A stretch of 64,000 bases of DNA from Marsupella aquatica (Eukaryota; Plantae; Marchantiophyta): NCBI GenBank assembly GCA_973895155.1, contig OZ316896.1, forward strand, positions 5,281,203 to 5,345,202, written 5' to 3'. The first letter of the stretch is position 1. Each line of letters opens with the position of its first letter. The position numbers and the translations under genes are program-made. A model generated the notes under the pieces. The model was not told where the DNA came from. It made no database searches and saw nothing but the letters and a program-made list of their open reading frames with translations. This document shows positions 37,879 through 50,287 of this stretch, one piece after another.

Positions 37879-39807
37879 TTCACCCATGTGGTTATTAAGG
37901 TAGGGTCATCATTTCAGTTGTGTTGTCCTTGCAGAAATGTTGTTGCAAGTGTGTTTTTCTTCCAAACATATCATCATTTTGGCCAATTATTGTTGTTGTG
38001 CTTGTATGTGTTGTTATAAAGTGAGCCTTTTCTACCATGTATTTCCTGTTGGTTGTGGAATCAGTTGTTGTTGCTAGGCCGAGATGGGAGAAAATCTGGG
38101 GAGGGATGCTTAGTTTTCTAACCCCTTTTCTCTTTTCCCTCGGCTCCACCCTAAACCCTAAACCCCTCCTCCCAGATTGTTTGCCACCCCCTTGCGCAAT
38201 GTGTCCTGCCTGACCCATGGGCAGGCACAGCCTCCCCTTGTGCCTGCCTCCCCTTGCCATAGAATGTGGAAAAGAATTTGAAGGCTGGGAAGAGTTCCTG
38301 TCCAAATTGGATTTGTATTGGACCAGGGGAGAGTTTTGGCAGCATTTCATTTTAGAGATATCACATAGATCATCCTTGCTGGGTTCTGTGGACTGTTGTA
38401 TTTGGGTGACACATAAAGTGTGATTTACTGGATAAGCAGAGACACATGCTTCCAGGGACCCTCTTGGGCAAAATTTAGTGCTTAAGAGACCTCCAATGTT
38501 TTAAAAAGTTCCCCTTGGCAAAGTGGAGTGCTGCATATATAGACCTCCAATGTTCAAAACCCCCAAGAGACCCCTACTTAGTACAACAGTATACCAGTCA
38601 CCTTGATTTTGTCTGGTATAAGAGCCCAAACCATATCTCTTGCTTGTTAGTAGATCTCAGCTATTGATACTTGGCATTATGTGGGCTGTCAAAGTCATAG
38701 AAGTTAACAAGAGCGGGGTCCAATTAAAACCATGACATATTAGTCAAAATTTCAAAAAACAGTGGCACCTAACTAGATAATTATGATCAAAACTACTCTT
38801 CATGCAGTGCCTATGGTCTAGAGTGAAACCTAGACCATGACTCTTGGGGCGTAACTGAGCTTATGGGCGTGAGTGGAATATTGGGATTGAGGGCAGAGTG
38901 AGTTTCTCAAAATGGGTCAGTGGACTGGAATGTACTCACCTCTATTCATGTTCAAAGAACTGGCATCTAAGTAGATACTGCTAGTCTCCCTTGCAATTTA
39001 CTAAATCTCAGTTATTGCTTTATTGTCAATAGACTGACACTGCCCCGTGTCTGAACAACCAGTGATTAAAACTCATTCATTTTGCAAAAGGTGAGAGAAT
39101 GGCTTCAAAGTCAAGATGACACAGATTCATTCAATGTCACTAAAAATAATTCAAATAGACCCCCAGATTGGCCTCAACCTGATCACTATTAAACTTGAAA
39201 ATTTTGAAATCTGCAGAAAGCAATATCCACATTATTATTCCCAAACCTGCACTATGTTATCCCCAAACCTGCACTTATCCACATTATTATCCCCAAACCT
39301 GCACGTGTCCACATTATGCACTATGCCATAAGCGCATGTATATCATTTATGCACTTCTTCATATGTGCCTGCTGCACTTTCCAATAGGTGCATCTGAAAT
39401 CTCTTATGCACTTCCGCATGTCTTGTCAGGTCATACACATCAGAGTCCTCATACACAAAACCTCCATATATAGTGCATGATTCAACTGCATAAGTGCATG
39501 AAACCACCATGTGTAGTGGTCCACTGCCCTAATCAACAAGTGCTTCTCCCGTCCTAGTAATTGAAAAATGCATGTGCACTCTTATAAACAGCACTTATGT
39601 ATTTGTCTTTCTGTGACATATAGCTGCACTTACAAAAGGTACATATTTTGGTGCATTTACAAAGGGAAATTTGTAATATTAGGGGACTAGACGACCAGGA
39701 ATGCACTTATGCTCTGTAGCTCGATCATTCTGCTCTTCCTTCGATTGATTTTGAATGCAGCTCCAAAATTGCATTCATTGCAGAAAATTTTCGTTTCGAT
39801 TCATTGA

Positions 39808-40248
39808 GGGCACATCATTGAAGCTCGATGCCCAAATCTCACCATTGCGTGAGTGCTTTGCTTCTTCTGTGTCACAGGCTCACGTTCTTGAATTGTGCTT
39901 GCTGAAGTTGAATTTATTGGCTTCTTATCGTGTATTTGACATGGAGCTCGATTATTTCGCTCTCTCTTCGATCTATTTGGTCGTTGCTTCGAAATCGCAT
40001 TCATTGCGAAAACTTTTGTTTCCATTCATTGAATGGCAGGCCAGGGCACATCGTTGAAGCTCGATGCCCACAACTGACCACCGCGTGAGTGCTTTGCTTC
40101 ATCTGTGTCGCAGACTCGTGTTCTTGAATTGTGCTTGCTGAATTTCTGCGCATCGATGATAGTCACGGCCTCTGTTCACCCTTCCAGCGGCACTCTCGTT
40201 GAATGATGGCCTCTGTTCTCCTTTCCAGCGGCACTCTCGTTGAATGAT
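39808..40248. repeat. ~100-bp direct repeat (39808 and 40044) plus a ~41-bp tandem duplication
   Basis: GGGCACATC.TTGAAGCTCGATGCCCA...TTGAATTGTGCTTGCTGAA occurs twice; GGCCTCTGTTC....TTCCAGCGGCACTCTCGTTGAATGAT occurs twice. Confidence 0.8.
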
Positions 40249-42335
40249 CTTACGGAGTTTTGTTGCTGGTGCGGCAAAATTTGACATGTTCAATTGAAAA
40301 TTTGTGATGCTGAGGGAAGCCGGGAACAGGTTTGGCTCCTCTCGATGCAACCGTCCTCGACTCCTCGTTGTTTCGCGTGTTTGCCCCTGTTCTTGGCGAG
40401 GCTGCTGGTGGTCGCTGTGTGGTGCTGCTGGTGCGGTGTGAGTAACGATCGAGCAAGGGCCTACATAACAAGTTTGGCGTTCATTCTTTCCGCAGGCGTG
40501 GACGCGCGAGGAGCGAATTGGATTCTCTAGACCGTTTGGAACGCGTTCAAACTTCTCCCTCCAGAGTTTCACTTGTCTGGAACTCACGAAGGCGTCGGTG
40601 AGTCATCGCGTACCACTCCCGACCTGCATTTGAATTTTGGAGGTTCGGTGAATCTTCTTTTCAAGTTGCTTCAGCCTACCAGCCGTGTCCCTTGCTCCAG
40701 TGAGTGGCAGTGATCAATTAGGGAATTCGGTTTCCAGTGTTTTGCTTTTCAAGATCTCCACACTTCAATTTGCTGATTGCTTCAAATAGTGATTCACTTC
40801 GAGACGTCACTTCAGAACTTACAGGTTAGCAGTGGCGGATGTCCTCCGCGTATCTCTCAGACCAACTTTCTTCAACATTTTTCGTCGGTCTCCAATTCCT
40901 CCATGTTTGTGACGTCGTTGTACTGTCGTCCCAACTGTGGTCCCCTCCTTTTCTGGGCCCACTTTCATACCCGATTACGCAGGTCTGGATTGTACCAGTT
41001 TCCCACCAGACCCAAGTTAAGTCATTAGTCTAAATCCCAGAGTGTTTATAAATCTCTAAACAGGTATCTGAGGCAGCTTCATCATTTCATTCTATATTCG
41101 TTGATTGGACTGCTGGGGACATCTGTACTGCTGTCAAAGCAGCTGGATCGACACACTACAGACTTAACGTACAGAGTACAGTGGTTGTGACATATTTCTG
41201 CTCCCTCAAGAGCTCATAGCTCAGGATCATGATCAGTTATTGTCAGGTGAAGATTGGTATGGACTGATCATTGGAGGACCAGCTGCATGCGGACTGTTTA
41301 CGGTTGGATCGGCATTTGTGCTGACCAGAGGTTCCGTGGACGAGCGAGCAAGAGGCTTCGCAAGTAGAAAAGAGCAGCAATTTGAATCAAGTCGTCTGCC
41401 AATGGTGGTGGCCACACGAGACCTGTTGCTCTTCGAGATTTCCTTAGCCAGCTCGCTGCTGCGTGGCCCTGCATTCTAGCTGTATCGACAACGTTGCGAC
41501 GTACTCAGTGACCAAGGTCTGCTCGACCCCTCTGTCTAAGCTTGGGCTGCAGCCATCGGGTTCCCTGCGTGAGGTTCGTTTCGAGTGCTGGATTTCTCGT
41601 GCATGAAAGTGAGTTCTCGGCTCTGTCTTGTTGAAATTACTTCGAAATCAATGTTTCTTTGCATGTGATTCATGTGGCCTGCACTTGTTCCAAACCCAAG
41701 TCCGTCTACCGTTGGTGACTTTCGACATGCTACCTCGACAACAGTGCTAGATAACAAGGGTTTAGAGGATAATGTCACCATATCCTCTAAAATGATCTCA
41801 ATGAAAAAGTAATATTTTCAGTGGTAAAAGTCGCTGTGTTTGGGGACGAAACGGCCAAATGAATCTTCCAAGCAACAGCTTTTGACGTGCTGTGAGACGC
41901 CGGCCGATTGTCTGCATCGCGACATAAGCTGCTTGCCGCGCGGTGCAAGTGTATCCTTGGTTCGCTCGCTAGCCAAGGCAACGTTTCTTAATGTCCTCTG
42001 AACTCAAGAGAGCGGCTCATGAAAGCTATCTCACTGCTTGCAACATTGATACATGCATGGCGAGTATAACAGCTCAATTGCATTGGACATAAGGAGTTAC
42101 GGGTGATCGAAGCTGTGCAAAGGTGCCATTAGGCCATCTCTCCGTGGCCAATGGTCAGATTTCCTGGAAATGAATCACTCTATGAACTTGTACAGGCATA
42201 GGCATACTCATGTTATAGAGATGAATAGTACAAGTTCAGTGTTTTCCAGTTTGATTGTGAGTGAGTAAATCATGGCATTTAGATGAACAATATGACCAGG
42301 CTAATTAATACCTTTTCGTTTCAACTCAGTTCTCT

Positions 42336-45300
42336 ATGAAGAACGATTCTGTTGTTGGCGCAACGGCTCCCCTGAAGCGAAATCAGAACGAAGTCACTGC
42401 TGCTGGTGCGAACGAGAACGTTCCTCAGAGCAGAGACAATGGCGCTGGAAATGGGGAACTCTTTAGTACTGCTGACCGTCGCGTGAAGGATGAACATCCA
42501 ATTGGTAACAGAAAGAAGTCAGGAGAAGGGCGTTCGACCTCGGAGTCGGTCATGAATGCATACATCTGGAAATTGTCTTTGGCAGCTGGTCTCGGAGGAC
42601 TCCTCTTCGGCTACGACACAGGTACGTTTGTGCGGTTTGTGCGCATTTCCATCTCCTGTGCAAATCTTTGATGCAAGGGTACCTTCTTAAGCTTCATTAC
42701 CCCCGTCTCTGGTCAAAATTTACCCGAGTTGAGTATTCGATCTTTCACCATTACTTTACAGTGACCATGTTTCAATCCTGCTCGAACGAATTCCAAACAT
42801 TCACTTTGGGCCCAGTCGTGACCTTATAGATATGGCACCACCCTCGAACGATAGAACAGGATCATTCAGTTGATATTGGATACACTGTCCCAATTATTAC
42901 GTGGCTGGACGCAGGAGTGATTTCTGGTGCGCTGCTTTACATTCGAGATGACTTCGATGTCGTGGATAAGAAGACTTCGCTTCAGGTGAGGACTCTACCC
43001 AGCGTTCTACCTTTATTATCGGCCCACATGCATTCAAGATTTTTTCATAATGGAAAATCCTGGTGAAAAGCCACAAATTACAATGCACACAATGCTTGCA
43101 ATTCCCGCCGACCATAGTTTTCGTAGCGGCGTCCGGCCTCCGCCAGCTCAAAGGCGGAATGCTTTCAAAACCAATTTTACTAGAGTAAGGCATGGAGGAA
43201 ATCGGAATTTCGTGTGTAGCGATAAAATGCAAAAATATATGCCGATCGAAGAAATAGCCATGTCACCGAGCTGCCCTTAAATCTTGCTTTCTAGCTGTGA
43301 CATTACAGATAGATGAGTCAAGCAGATCTGCTAGCTCTGCTCCGACCCTTTATCGATGCCACGGTCGGCGAAAAATAATCTGGAAACCTATCTGGAATCA
43401 TGCGTAATTAGCGAAGCCAATCAGATTGGCACTGAGCGATCGACCACTCCAATTGAGCCGGCTCCTGATTTGGGCAGAGTTCGGCTTCGAGACTGTACCC
43501 AAACTAGCTTGCTGAGCCAGATGCTCAACTACTCCACGCCCAATCGAACTCGGCCCCGATGCCAATTATAGTGCTGCACATGCTATCGCATCATACCTAG
43601 CATCAAGTCAGCTGATCAGACTGTACACACTAAACTGCTGGTCAGGGCTCAAATGCGGGGACTACAGTAGATATTACCAATACTGAACTCATGATAGTAC
43701 GTTGTCAATGCGAGTGTGGCGACTGGGCTTTCGTTCTCTCGTTCACTAAATATGGGGAGATAGATATCATTTCCGGCCCCGGATGAATGGATTCCATGTC
43801 TCCGGTACTAACTATTAAAGTTTCCAGGAAGCAATTGTGAGCACAGCAATTGCCGGTGCGATCGTCGGAGCAGCCGTGGGAGGCAAATTGAGTGATAAAT
43901 TTGGCCGAAAGCCTGCGATGCTGGGCGCAGATGTGGTATTCGTAATCGGAGCAATTGTCATGGCAGCAGCACCAAGTCCGGCGATTATTATGGTGGGGCG
44001 AGTCTTGGTAGGCCTTGGTATCGGTGTTGCGTCAATGACAGCGCCCCTTTACATTGCCGAAGCTTCACCCACCAAAGTGCGAGGCGCCCTGGTGACCATG
44101 AACGTGCTTATGATTACAAGCGGTCAATTCGTGGCCTACCTCATCAATCTGGCATTTACAAAGGTAGACTGACTCGAGCCAATGCTAAATAATTCCTGCT
44201 GCCCGTACGTCAATTCTTAATCATAAGCTGTTATTCCTACACGATCGGAACTGTGCCCTTTGTGATTACCTCATTCATCTTGACGTGTTCGACAACTGAA
44301 GTTGAACCTACTAAAGTCCAACCACCGAATTACAGTATTATACTCATATGCTCTTGTGATCATATAACTCACTTAGAGCCTACCGTAGCTCTTTCTCAGA
44401 GATGTCTTTTCCAGAGACGGCCAAAGAGCGTCTCCAGTGGGTCCCCCATTTATTCCCCATTGTACAAGACTGTCTTTTTGCTCTCCTATGTAACGGAGTA
44501 CCTCGTTGGGGCGGCACAATTGGTGGGTGAGTCGAAATGTTGGTATCACAAACGAGGTTCCAAAGGGACTGGACACTCAAATGCCTAAGTACAACATTTA
44601 TGGGCGAGCAGGGGTTTTTTCCTTTTCGATGACGAAAGCTTAGGCAGACCGTTCTTCATAAATTCTTGGGATAATTATACGAAGAAAGCTTTGGGTGTGG
44701 TGGGGGCTACGGGAATCCCAGATTTGATGCATACAAGTGGATAACAGAATTTGTTCTTGCTAATATAGGCACCTGGGACGTGGCGGTGGATGTTGGGTGT
44801 GGCTGCATTACCCGCACTGACACAATTCTTTGCCTTGTTGTTCTTGCCCGAGTCTCCTCGATGGCTCTACCGCCAGGTCCGTTGCTGGTCTCAACTCTGC
44901 TATTCCATTTCACATCAGATGAGTCCAAGTTAGCTTTCGTTCCTACTTGCAAGCGCAATCATGGATCTTTCTGCAACCCTTGATTTAAGCATTACTCAAT
45001 GTTTAAAATGTGGATGCCTACAAAATTCTGAGAAGACATCACCTGAATATTGTCACGGAAAACTCGAATAGTAATCAGGTGTATCTACTCAAGAAATTGA
45101 CATTGCACTGTCCAGGGAAAGGTAGATGCTTCCGAGGCAGTGTTGAGACATATCTACCCCCCTGAAGAATTTGCAGGGGAGGTCCGTCATCTCCAGACAT
45201 CGGTGGACGAGGAGAAGCGAGAAGCTATGAACAAACTTCGGTTTCTAGATGTCTTAAGGACAAAGGAAACTAGACTAGCACTTTTGGCCGGGGTTGGCCT

Positions 45301-46998
45301 TCAGGTGTGGTGGTACTCAATAGATAGCAAATGGTGTGCTTCGTTTTTCCGAGCTTACATTAGTCATGACATTTTCCGAATTTTCCATCCTATCATTTCG
45401 ATCGAGCCGGCGTTCAATCCGTCTTTAGAAGCTGGGCAGAGGTCCCGTCGCGAGCAAATTAGTCCTGATTTTGTACAGTGGTGGGATTGAAAAGACAATG
45501 AATGCCAATTTGACTAGACCTGTCGACAGTTTTGCGGACAGAGTTACCGAAAGCTGATAGTAGTGGAGGGTTTTCGAATGACAGCGGCTTAATGCAGCGC
45601 TCGATGGAATTGGACAGGTGTTCCAGCAGTTCGTCGGGATCAACACGGTGATGTATTACGCGCCATCGATCGTGGAGCTGGCTGGGTATGCATCGCACCA
45701 GACGGCGTTGTTGTTGTCATTGGTAACAGCCGGAATGAACGCGCTAGGCACAGTCGCGGGCATAGTGTGCATCGATCGCTTCGGCAGAAGACGGCTAGCT
45801 ATGTGCAGCCTGGTCGGGGTGACAGTGGCGCTCGCGTTGTTGACAACAGCGTTCCATCTGAGCAACAGCGATTCACCATCGCTCGAATATGAGCCGAGCT
45901 CCTCGATCTACGGTTGCCCTGAGTATGCCTCATGGCCAAACTCGAGACTTGGTGGCAATTGCGTGCAATGCTTGAAAGCTGCATCGACCTGTGGATTTTG
46001 TGCTGCATTGGGAAATCAGGTAACTCCTGTAGGATTATCTAGTCTCGATCGTTTCTCTCGGTTTTGGAGCTCTAGTATACCGTTCTGGAAAGATAACAGA
46101 TGTTCAAATTCATATGCTCAACCAAACAAAACTAGGATTATCTTGTCGCGATCTTTTCTCTCTTTTGACGCTCTAGTATTCCATTCTGGAAAGATAACAG
46201 ATGTTCAAATTCGTATGGTCAATCAAACAAAACTAGGATTATCTTGTCTCGATCTTTCCTCTCTGTTTTGGAGCTCTCGTGTTCCATTCTGCAAAGACAA
46301 CAGATACTCAACTTTGTATGGTGAATGGATAGCCTCAAACCAAACAATTGACTTGTTTCCAAGTTTCCAATGTCATGTCTCAGGCAACTGCATTTTTTCC
46401 AAACACTGTCCAACCCTTTTAATCAAATCAAACCTCGGACTAAAGCTAACGGCGAGTCATATTCCGTATGTTCCAGCAACACCCAGGGGTTTGTCTCGTG
46501 TCCAACAAGACAGTGGGAAGCTTTTGCACCGATCAGCACCGCTCATGGTTCACACATGGATGTCCCAGCCATTACGGTTGGTTTGCTCTCTTGGGTTTGG
46601 CCCTCTACATTGCAGCTTTCTCTCCGGGCATGGGTCCAGTCCCTTGGGCAGTGAATTCGGAGATATACCCCCTCAAGTCTCGAGGGGTTTGCGGAGGTAT
46701 TGCAGCCACAGGCAACTGGGTGTCGAATCTAATTGTGTCCCAATCGTTCCTCTCCGTGGTGAAAGCGATTGGAACTTCGAACACATTCTTGCTCTTCTGT
46801 GGCTTTTCTGTTGCCGGGTTGTTTTTCGTGTTTCTCTTCGTGCCCGAAACAAAGGGGAAGAGTTTCGCGGAGGTTGAAAGGATGTGGCAGCAACGAGCAG
46901 CTGGAGGATGGAGAAATGCTTTGGGCCCAACCAGAAATGTGGACTGTTTTCCATCTACAGAGCCTGTTTCGCAGAAAGCCTCGAGGCTAGATATGTGA
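42336..46998 (+). CDS. INT: Inositol transporter (sugar porter/MFS family, INT2/INT4-like with Cys-rich loop), 7 exons, ~637 aa
   Basis: GT-AG exons 42336-42621, 42915-42985, 43828-44163, 44769-44876, 45116-45304, 45618-46019 and 46477-46998 splice in frame (1914 nt). Motifs: [75 protein letters not shown]. The start codon is uncertain. Confidence 0.93.
46030..46322. repeat. ~101-bp tandem repeat x3 in INT intron 6
   Basis: AGGATTATCT...GCTCT.GT.T.CC.TTCTG.AAAGA.AACAGAT occurs three times. Confidence 0.85.
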
Positions 46999-47046
46999 AC
47001 TAAGATGTCGGACACAGAAAAGTGCCAGCACTCTAGAATTTTGTAG

Positions 47047-47222
47047 AGTTTTGCGGAGATTGAAAGGATATGAAAGGATATGGCAGCAACGAGCAGCTGG
47101 AGGACGGAGAAATGCTGTGGGCCCAACCAGAAATGTGGAGTGTTTTCCATCTACAGAGCTTGTTTCGGAGAAAGCCTTGAGGCAAAATATGTGAACTAAG
47201 ATATTGGACACAGAGAAGTGCC
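47047..47222 (+). repeat. Tandem duplicate of the INT C-terminal coding end and proximal 3' UTR (46861-47026)
   Basis: Diverged copy of [11 protein letters not shown]...; an internal 10-bp duplication creates an early TGA. Confidence 0.88.
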
Positions 47223-48049
47223 TTGAAAGCCTGAAGGAGGCTCATAGAAGAGAGGCTAGACATACTGCTCCGGAGCATGCAATTGTATGTAGGGTCGCCA
47301 CAACGCAAGAGCTCATCGAACAGAGGATAGACTTTCTGCTCAAGAGCATGCAATTTATGCAGGGTAGCCATCAGTAGACAACACCCAGGGATCCCACAGG
47401 GACCAGACAAGGAGGGAGGGAGTTAAACCAGGGCCACAAAGCAGGCCAGCCAGGGTCTGAGGAGAAACCAATAGGGAGTGTCAAAGCAAGGCATAAAAAT
47501 ACTGTTCCAACCAGGAGAAAATGGCTACAGGCTACCAAAATACATATCCCATAAGGATGATACATCCAAAAAATCCACAGCCATAAGACTTTGCTTATGG
47601 GAGTACTTTGACACGCACTAATACTCCCACCGCTACATACCACCCAAACATATCCTCCACACCCCTTGTGTGTGGAGGGGGGATAGAACTTGGACCTCTC
47701 TGTTCTGGCTAATTCCCTAGCCAACTGACCACTTGTCTTCAATAAATGTATATGCCAAACCATTGTCATATACAATGGTGCTAGTGTCAATTTGTAAAGT
47801 CAGCAGGGATCCATTAAACCACAGCTGCCACTATAAAAGGGGCAAAGTGGCCCTGTTCAGTTGCCTAGGTGAACAGCAAACCTACCGCCTTCCCACTCAC
47901 ATCCCATCATGGGCCCTACCATAGTATCCTACAACTGATTTTCTGTGATTTCCTGAAAAGTATGAACTATGTAAAGATGCTGTTTTTTGTCTAACATCAC
48001 TCTTGGTGAAATCTACATTTTGAGCTGTAGCCCCATATGGTGAACTAAC

Positions 48050-48670
48050 TAGATGACACTGACACTCAAAATATTCAAAAATATGATATTCTCTTTAGTA
48101 TACATGATGGTAATATATTTGAAATGAGTGATATAGGTTACTTGGTAAACTGTATATCAAAATATGACATGTGGTGTAGAACATCACTCCATACCATGAT
48201 AAGGTTACTTGGTAAACTGTATATCAAAATATGACATGTGGTGTAGAACATCACTCCATACCATGATAAACTTCGTTATTTTCTTTAAATCAATAAGTGC
48301 ACAACTTATAATATCACATTTTGATGTGTCATTACCAGCAGGGTTAGGTGATGACAGTGACTCAAAAATACTCACGAATATGATATGCTCATTTGAATAC
48401 AATCAAAAATACTCAAGGATATGATATGCTCTTTTGTATACATTATTGTTATAGAAGACATGTGTACTATTGAGTTTCTTGATGACACTGACAGTCACTC
48501 AAATACACTCAAGAAGGATATGCTCTCTTAGTCTCTTGTATACATTATTGTACTATATGTGACATGAGTACTATTGGTTACTCGATTACACTGCCACTCA
48601 AAACATGATGTGCTCTTTTGCATGCATGATTGTACTATATGTGAAATGAGTAGTATTGGTTACTCAAGTA
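48050..48670. repeat. AT-rich degenerate tandem repeat array including an exact ~68-bp duplication
   Basis: GGTTACTTGGTAAAC...CCATGATAA occurs twice (~48136 and ~48203), and GATGACA.TGAC.CTCAAA...TATGAT units recur. Confidence 0.75.
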
Positions 48671-50287
48671 CTTTGTATGCATATGGGATCATGTGGATGA
48701 ACAAGATCGAAGCTGCAGGCTTTCTTTACTGGTACTAAGGTGGACCAATGTTGAGTGAGAGTCCGCAAGGTCATCCTACTCAAGTACAAATTCCTTGACC
48801 TTAATGTAATGAATGATGGGAATTGATCAAATGAGTAAACAAAAACTTAAGTTTCTGACTAAGAAAGAGAAGAGCGCTGACACTGCATGCCCATGAAAGA
48901 TGGGAGGAACAACGCAAACACAATGTGCATTCCCCTTGAGAAATCATAACTTCCACTGGTCAAACTTAGTAATATTGTATTGAATTTAGCACGGATCTAA
49001 GGTGAGTTGGGCGATGTCTCTCACTAGAACTACTCAGAATTCAAATAGGGGTTGAATTGCCAGAAGGGTTGTCTTTCACTAGAAACTGCCCAATTCAGAT
49101 AGGGGTTGAAGCTGCCAGAAGGGCTTTGCGATGTACTTCACTCTAAGTCACTAAGGACTTTGTCACTCACTTGAACTACTCAGGATTCAAGTAGGAGTTG
49201 AGAGTGCCATTGAAAGTGCCAAGGGCAGATTCAAATAGGGGTTGAAAGTGCCAGAAGGGCATTGGGATGTGCTTCACTCTAAGTCACTAGCAGTCCTGCT
49301 AGAGCAGAATGGGACTATGTTCAGAATGAGACAACTCTGAGTTCACAATACTGCCCTATGACCTATACCAGAGATTTGTGAGTCAATCTATACCGGTGGA
49401 GGAACTTATTGTTGCTCGTGTTTTGCGCTTAACAGCACTGATCACCTTTTGTTTCCACCCCATTCTTCAACTTATAACTCTAATAGCCTACACCTAAGTC
49501 TGACGTTAGGAGAGGGGGAAGAGTCTTCTGGCAAAGTTTAGTCAAAAGTAAAGAGAGGACTAGAACTTGGAAGAAGCTTAGGTTTGAGACAACTATCACA
49601 ACTTTGCTCGACCATCTAGCCTTGGATAAGGAACAAGTTACAGAACCCCAAAAAACGATGTTCAGAGAGCCAATTAGTAGGAGCCATCCATCGATGCTCT
49701 TGGCTTGAACTTTAGATTAGATAAAATATAATATGCGTGGCAATATACCAAAGCATTTTGTCACTAGAAGAGACTCTTCACTTGATGTGCCTAGATTTCT
49801 GTAATATGTAAGAGCCATCTTGTATGCAACTATTCTTAAATATTTGGTCCTTAAACTTTCTAACTTCTTGCCTACAAACCAGTAGACCAACTCTGAATAA
49901 AATGCAGAAGTGTTGGTGAGCTTTTTTGGCTCTTCTGAAAATTGCAGGCGTGAGGTTTTTGGGACCGAAGGATTTGATGCTGAAGAAGTTGGCCTCCCCA
50001 AAATGCTGCTTAGGATCATCATAAAGCCATCAGTCTCTCTTGCCCCACACAGTTGCCACCAAAGCATTTTAGAACCGCTGCTTTTAGTCCATCTCACAAT
50101 GCAAGACGGTTCTAAAACTCAAAAGCTGTCTGACTGATGTGGCAATGGATTCAAAAAAACTCTGTACAGAATTGCTCTGACATTCAGCTGCTACGTTCCT
50201 GCAACCACGAATACTTAACCAGTGCTGTATCACTGCTATGTACAAGAAAACTATAAATTTGTCCATTTATGTGGCCGATGGACGAAA

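Noticed and set aside
39505-39518. TGTAGTG as a CACTA transposon terminus
   Set aside because: No partner terminal inverted repeat or 3-bp TSD was found in the window.
45618-46877. 419-aa ORF as a single protein
   Set aside because: It is INT exon 6 reading through intron 6 into the wrong frame of exon 7.
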